DNA from: an uncultured Deinococcaceae bacterium
Lineage (GTDB): Bacteria; Deinococcota; Deinococci; Deinococcales; Deinococcaceae
Assembly (NCBI GenBank): GCA_964252075.1
Contig: CAXULY010000003.1
Span: forward strand, 145,469 to 209,468
Length of the DNA: 64,000 bases
Reading direction: 5' to 3'
Below are positions 59,342 to 64,000 of this stretch, piece after piece (position 1 is the first letter of the stretch; every line of letters starts with the position of its first letter). Position numbers and translations under genes: made by a program. Below the pieces are notes generated by a model. That model did not search any database. It saw nothing but the letters and a program-made list of their open reading frames with translations, and had not been told where the DNA came from.

Positions 59342-61273
59342 ATGCACAAACACCTTTTCCTTGGACTCATCAGTGTGACCCTCCTTGCGGCCTGCTCGCA
59401 GGCCCCCCAGCAGACCGCGCAGGTCTCCACGGGCGCCCTGCAGGTCCCGCAAGGCGCGAACGCGACCCTGAACCTCAGCGCGCTCGGTAAGAACGGCAAG
59501 CTCCTCGACAAGAAGAGCAAGCTCAGCAGCAGCCTGCGCGCCCTCAGCGAGAGCACCCTGAGCGCCCAGACCGCCGCCCCCAGCCGCCCGGCCAGCGCCG
59601 ACCGCCCCGGCAGCAACCGCCTCGTGAACGGCCGCAGCGTCACCGTGAGCGCCGTCGCGAGCGGCGACCCGCAGGCGCTCCTCGGCCAGCTTCAGGGCCT
59701 CGGCCTGCAGTCCGGCGCGGTGTACGAGGGCCTGGTGTCTGGCCGCCTCCCCATCGCCTCCATCGGGCAGGCCGGGAACCTCAGCTCGCTGCGCTCCATG
59801 CGCCTCACCGGCGCCACCACCGAAGCGTACAAGACGCCCAGCCAGGGCCTCGTGGTGTCGCAGGGCGACCAAGCGCAGCGCAGCGACGTGGCGCGCCAGG
59901 CCTACCGCGTGAGCGGCGCGGGCGTGAAGGTCGGCGCGCTCTCCGACAGCTACAACTGCCTCAAGGGCGGCCTCACCACCGCCCCGCAGGACATCAAGAA
60001 CGGCGACCTGCCCGCCAGCGGCGTGCAGGTGATTGACGAGCTGGAAGCCGCCTCCTGCGCGGCGGGCTCCTCCGACGAGGGGCGCGGCATGCTGCAGATC
60101 ATTCACGACGTGGCGCCCAGCGCGCAGCTGTCCTTCGCGAGCGCCTTCAACGGCGAGGCGGAGTTCGCGCAGAACATCGAGAAGCTCGCGCAGGCCGGCG
60201 CGAACGTCATCACGGACGACGTGCGGTACTTCGACGAGCCGATGTTCCAGGACGGCCCCATCGCGCAGGCGGTGAACAACGTCGCGAAGCAGGGCGTCGC
60301 GTACTTCTCGTCGTCCGGCAACTACGCCCGCCAGTCCTACGAGAACCCCTTCCGCCCCAGCGGGCAGTACTACAACGGCTGCCAGCTGCACGACTTCAAC
60401 CCCGGCTCGGCCGTGGACACCCTGCAGGACATCACGCTCGCGCCCGGCGACGACGTGCTGATCGCCCTGCAGTGGGACCAGCCCTTCGCCTCGGCGTCCA
60501 AGGGCGCGCGCGGCTCCGCCAGCGACGTGGACCTGCTGCTCTTCGACGACAAGGGCAACCTGCTGCCCACCGACGAGAACGCCGGTCAGTTCCCGGTGTC
60601 CGCGGACGACAACATCTCGTCGGGCGACCCCATCGAGATCGTGCAGTACTTCAACACCACCAAGGCCCCGCTGCACATCAACCTCGCCATGACCCTGTGC
60701 ACCGGCGCGCAGCCTGGCATCCTGAAGTGGGTGGATTACGACTACGGCACGAACGTGGAGTACGCCACGAACTCCCCCACCAACTACGGGCACAGCAACT
60801 CCGCGGGCGGCGCGGGCGTCGGCGCGGCGCGCTACTACCGCACGCCCGCCTTCGGCCAGAACCCCCCGCTGCTCGAGAGCTTCTCCTCGGCGGGCGGCGT
60901 GCCCATCCTGTTCGACAAGAACGGCAAGCGCATCGCGACCGAGCAGCGCAACCAGCCGCGCTTCACGGCGCCGGACGGCGGCAACACCAGCTTCTTCGGG
61001 CAGCTGACCTTCGGTGACGGCACCCCGATCGACGGCGACAAGTTCCCGAACTTCTTCGGCACGAGTGCCGCCGCCCCGCACGCGGCGGGCGCCGCGGCCC
61101 TGATGCTGGAGGCCACCAGCAAGTACGGCGGCAGCAAGAAGCCCGCCGACATCTACCAGGCCCTGGCGCTCAGCGCCGTGGACATGCGGACCCCCGGGTA
61201 CGACGCGGACAGCGGCGCCGGGCTCATCCAGGCGGACAAGGCCATCTCGGCCATCATCAAGCGCGCCCCCTGA
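59342..61273 (+). CDS. Subtilase-clan serine peptidase lipoprotein (S8/S53-like)
   Basis: Lipobox LLAAC; GALSDS, SDEGRGM, SSSGN, FFGTSAAAPH. Confidence 0.88.
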   Translation: MHKHLFLGLISVTLLAACSQAPQQTAQVSTGALQVPQGANATLNLSALGKNGKLLDKKSKLSSSLRALSESTLSAQTAAPSRPASADRPGSNRLVNGRSVTVSAVASGDPQALLGQLQGLGLQSGAVYEGLVSGRLPIASIGQAGNLSSLRSMRLTGATTEAYKTPSQGLVVSQGDQAQRSDVARQAYRVSGAGVKVGALSDSYNCLKGGLTTAPQDIKNGDLPASGVQVIDELEAASCAAGSSDEGRGMLQIIHDVAPSAQLSFASAFNGEAEFAQNIEKLAQAGANVITDDVRYFDEPMFQDGPIAQAVNNVAKQGVAYFSSSGNYARQSYENPFRPSGQYYNGCQLHDFNPGSAVDTLQDITLAPGDDVLIALQWDQPFASASKGARGSASDVDLLLFDDKGNLLPTDENAGQFPVSADDNISSGDPIEIVQYFNTTKAPLHINLAMTLCTGAQPGILKWVDYDYGTNVEYATNSPTNYGHSNSAGGAGVGAARYYRTPAFGQNPPLLESFSSAGGVPILFDKNGKRIATEQRNQPRFTAPDGGNTSFFGQLTFGDGTPIDGDKFPNFFGTSAAAPHAAGAAALMLEATSKYGGSKKPADIYQALALSAVDMRTPGYDADSGAGLIQADKAISAIIKRAP

Positions 61274-61287
61274 GGTTCTGAGCGGGC

Positions 61288-61321
61288 AGGGCGGGCCGGT
61301 CAGTGACCGGCCCGCCCTCTT
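61288..61321 (+). terminator. Terminator after the peptidase gene
   Basis: agggcgggccggtca / tgaccggcccgccct. Confidence 0.7.
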
Positions 61322-61339
61322 GTCGCGTGGGCCATCGCC

Positions 61340-61353
61340 CGAACGCCCGTTCG
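61340..61353. promoter_or_regulatory. Palindrome CGAACG-CC-CGTTCG adjacent to -10 TATGCT; candidate TetR-type operator
   Basis: Seen directly upstream of the acyl-CoA carboxylase gene. Confidence 0.55.
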
Positions 61354-61370
61354 GTATGCTGGGCCTCACC

Positions 61371-62933
<1,563 letters not shown>

Positions 62934-62957
62934 CGGGGAGGGGCGGCGGCCCCTCCC

Positions 62958-63188
62958 TCAGCTGGGCTGGCGGTCCAGCATCCGGATGTACAGCTGCTCC
63001 ACCTTCGCGCGCGCCCAGGGCGTCTTGCGGAGGAACTTCAGGCTGGACGGCACGCTGGGGTTCTCGATGAAGCAGCGGATGCGGACGTGCCGGGCGAGTT
63101 CGTCCCAGCCGTAGTGCTCGTGCAGGCGCGTCACGATCTGCTCCAGCGTGACGCCGTGCAGGGGGTCGGCGGAGGCGCGGTCGGTCAT
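62958..63188 (-). CDS. VF530/DUF2132 family putative DNA-binding protein
   Basis: [12 protein letters not shown]...[17 protein letters not shown] signature. Confidence 0.92.
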   Translation of the reverse strand: MTDRASADPLHGVTLEQIVTRLHEHYGWDELARHVRIRCFIENPSVPSSLKFLRKTPWARAKVEQLYIRMLDRQPS

Positions 63189-63223
63189 GCGCGCATGCTA
63201 GTGCCCCCGCGTGAGGCGTGCGT

Positions 63224-64000
63224 TCAGGTGTGCCCCTCCCCCATCACGGCCTCCGCGACGGCGCGCACGGCGTCCTGGTGGAAGTCGGCGTAGAAGGGCG
63301 CGGTGAGGTCCGGGTCGGCGCCGAGCCACGCGAGGGCGTCCGGGTACGTGAAGCCGATGCGCTCAGGCAAGTCGCCTGCCTGCGGGTCGGTTCCCCCCGC
63401 TTCTCGCACCGCCGCCTCGATGCGGTCGAAGTACGCGAGGTTCAGCTCGGGCAGGTCCGCGCGGGTGGTCTGCCCGTGGCACGCGAGGGTCACGGCGGGC
63501 TGCAGGGCCGCGAGGCGCCGCAGGCTGGCGCGCAGTTCGCGCAGGTTCGCGGCGCCACTCACATGCGGGAAGGGGAACTCCGCGGCGTCCCCCGCGATGA
63601 GCGTGCGGATCTCCGGGAGCCACAGGGCGAGGTGGTCCGGCGTGTGGCCGGGCGTGTGCAGCAGGTCCACGGTGAGGTCGCCCCCAGCGAGGCGCAGGTG
63701 GTCGTCCACGAGGATGCTGGGCGGCACGAGGCGCACGTCCGCGTAGCGGGGGCCCTCCTGCTGCTTGCGCGCGAGCTTCGCGCGTTCCGCGTCGCTCTCC
63801 AGGCGCGCGGCGGCCTCGCGGTGCCCAATGATGGCGGTCGGCCAGTCCCCGCCAGGCGTGAACACGGTGTTCCCCCAGGCGTGGTCGTAGTCCGCGTGGG
63901 TGTTCAGCACGAGCAGGGGCCGCCCGTTCAGCAGGGGGCGCAGCAGGTCCAGTTCCTGCCGCGCGAGGTCCGGGGTGGAGAGCGTGTCCACCAGCAGCGC
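63224..64000 (-). CDS. MBL-fold metallo-hydrolase; 5' end outside window
   Basis: NTHADYDHAWGN, TPGHTPD, AGD, CHG. Confidence 0.9.
   Translation of the reverse strand, partial: ALLVDTLSTPDLARQELDLLRPLLNGRPLLVLNTHADYDHAWGNTVFTPGGDWPTAIIGHREAAARLESDAERAKLARKQQEGPRYADVRLVPPSILVDDHLRLAGGDLTVDLLHTPGHTPDHLALWLPEIRTLIAGDAAEFPFPHVSGAANLRELRASLRRLAALQPAVTLACHGQTTRADLPELNLAYFDRIEAAVREAGGTDPQAGDLPERIGFTYPDALAWLGADPDLTAPFYADFHQDAVRAVAEAVMGEGHT

Overview
High-GC chromosomal segment of a Deinococcus species, inferred from gene content, the deinoxanthin-type carotenoid operon, and pervasive TAnnnT -10 boxes 5-7 nt before start codons (leaderless genes). It is mostly housekeeping and metabolic: SRP RNA-clpP-clpX-lon, lptC-lptA-lptA and lptF/G, a LacI/ABC/GH1 sugar operon, GH42, Ada, YcaQ-like glycosylase, xpt, pccB and several peptidases. 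One accessory patch (about 17.6-22.7 kb) holds a decayed glycosyltransferase cluster and a type IV pilin followed by a low-GC O-antigen-ligase-like gene. The best leads are: (i) a MarR-MFS operon with two paralogous SPW-like membrane proteins and a USP, (ii) a perfect RDRM-like (DdrO) palindrome over the promoter of a kumamolisin-like S53 protease, (iii) a lycopene cyclase-CruF hydratase fusion heading the carotenoid operon, with tiny coupled uORFs, (iv) a PIG-L deacetylase plus OGA-like GNAT pair beside the Lpt genes, and (v) a candidate multi-hairpin sRNA. No CRISPR array, tRNA/rRNA, transposase or integrase was seen. All calls come from motif recognition by eye; no database searches were run.
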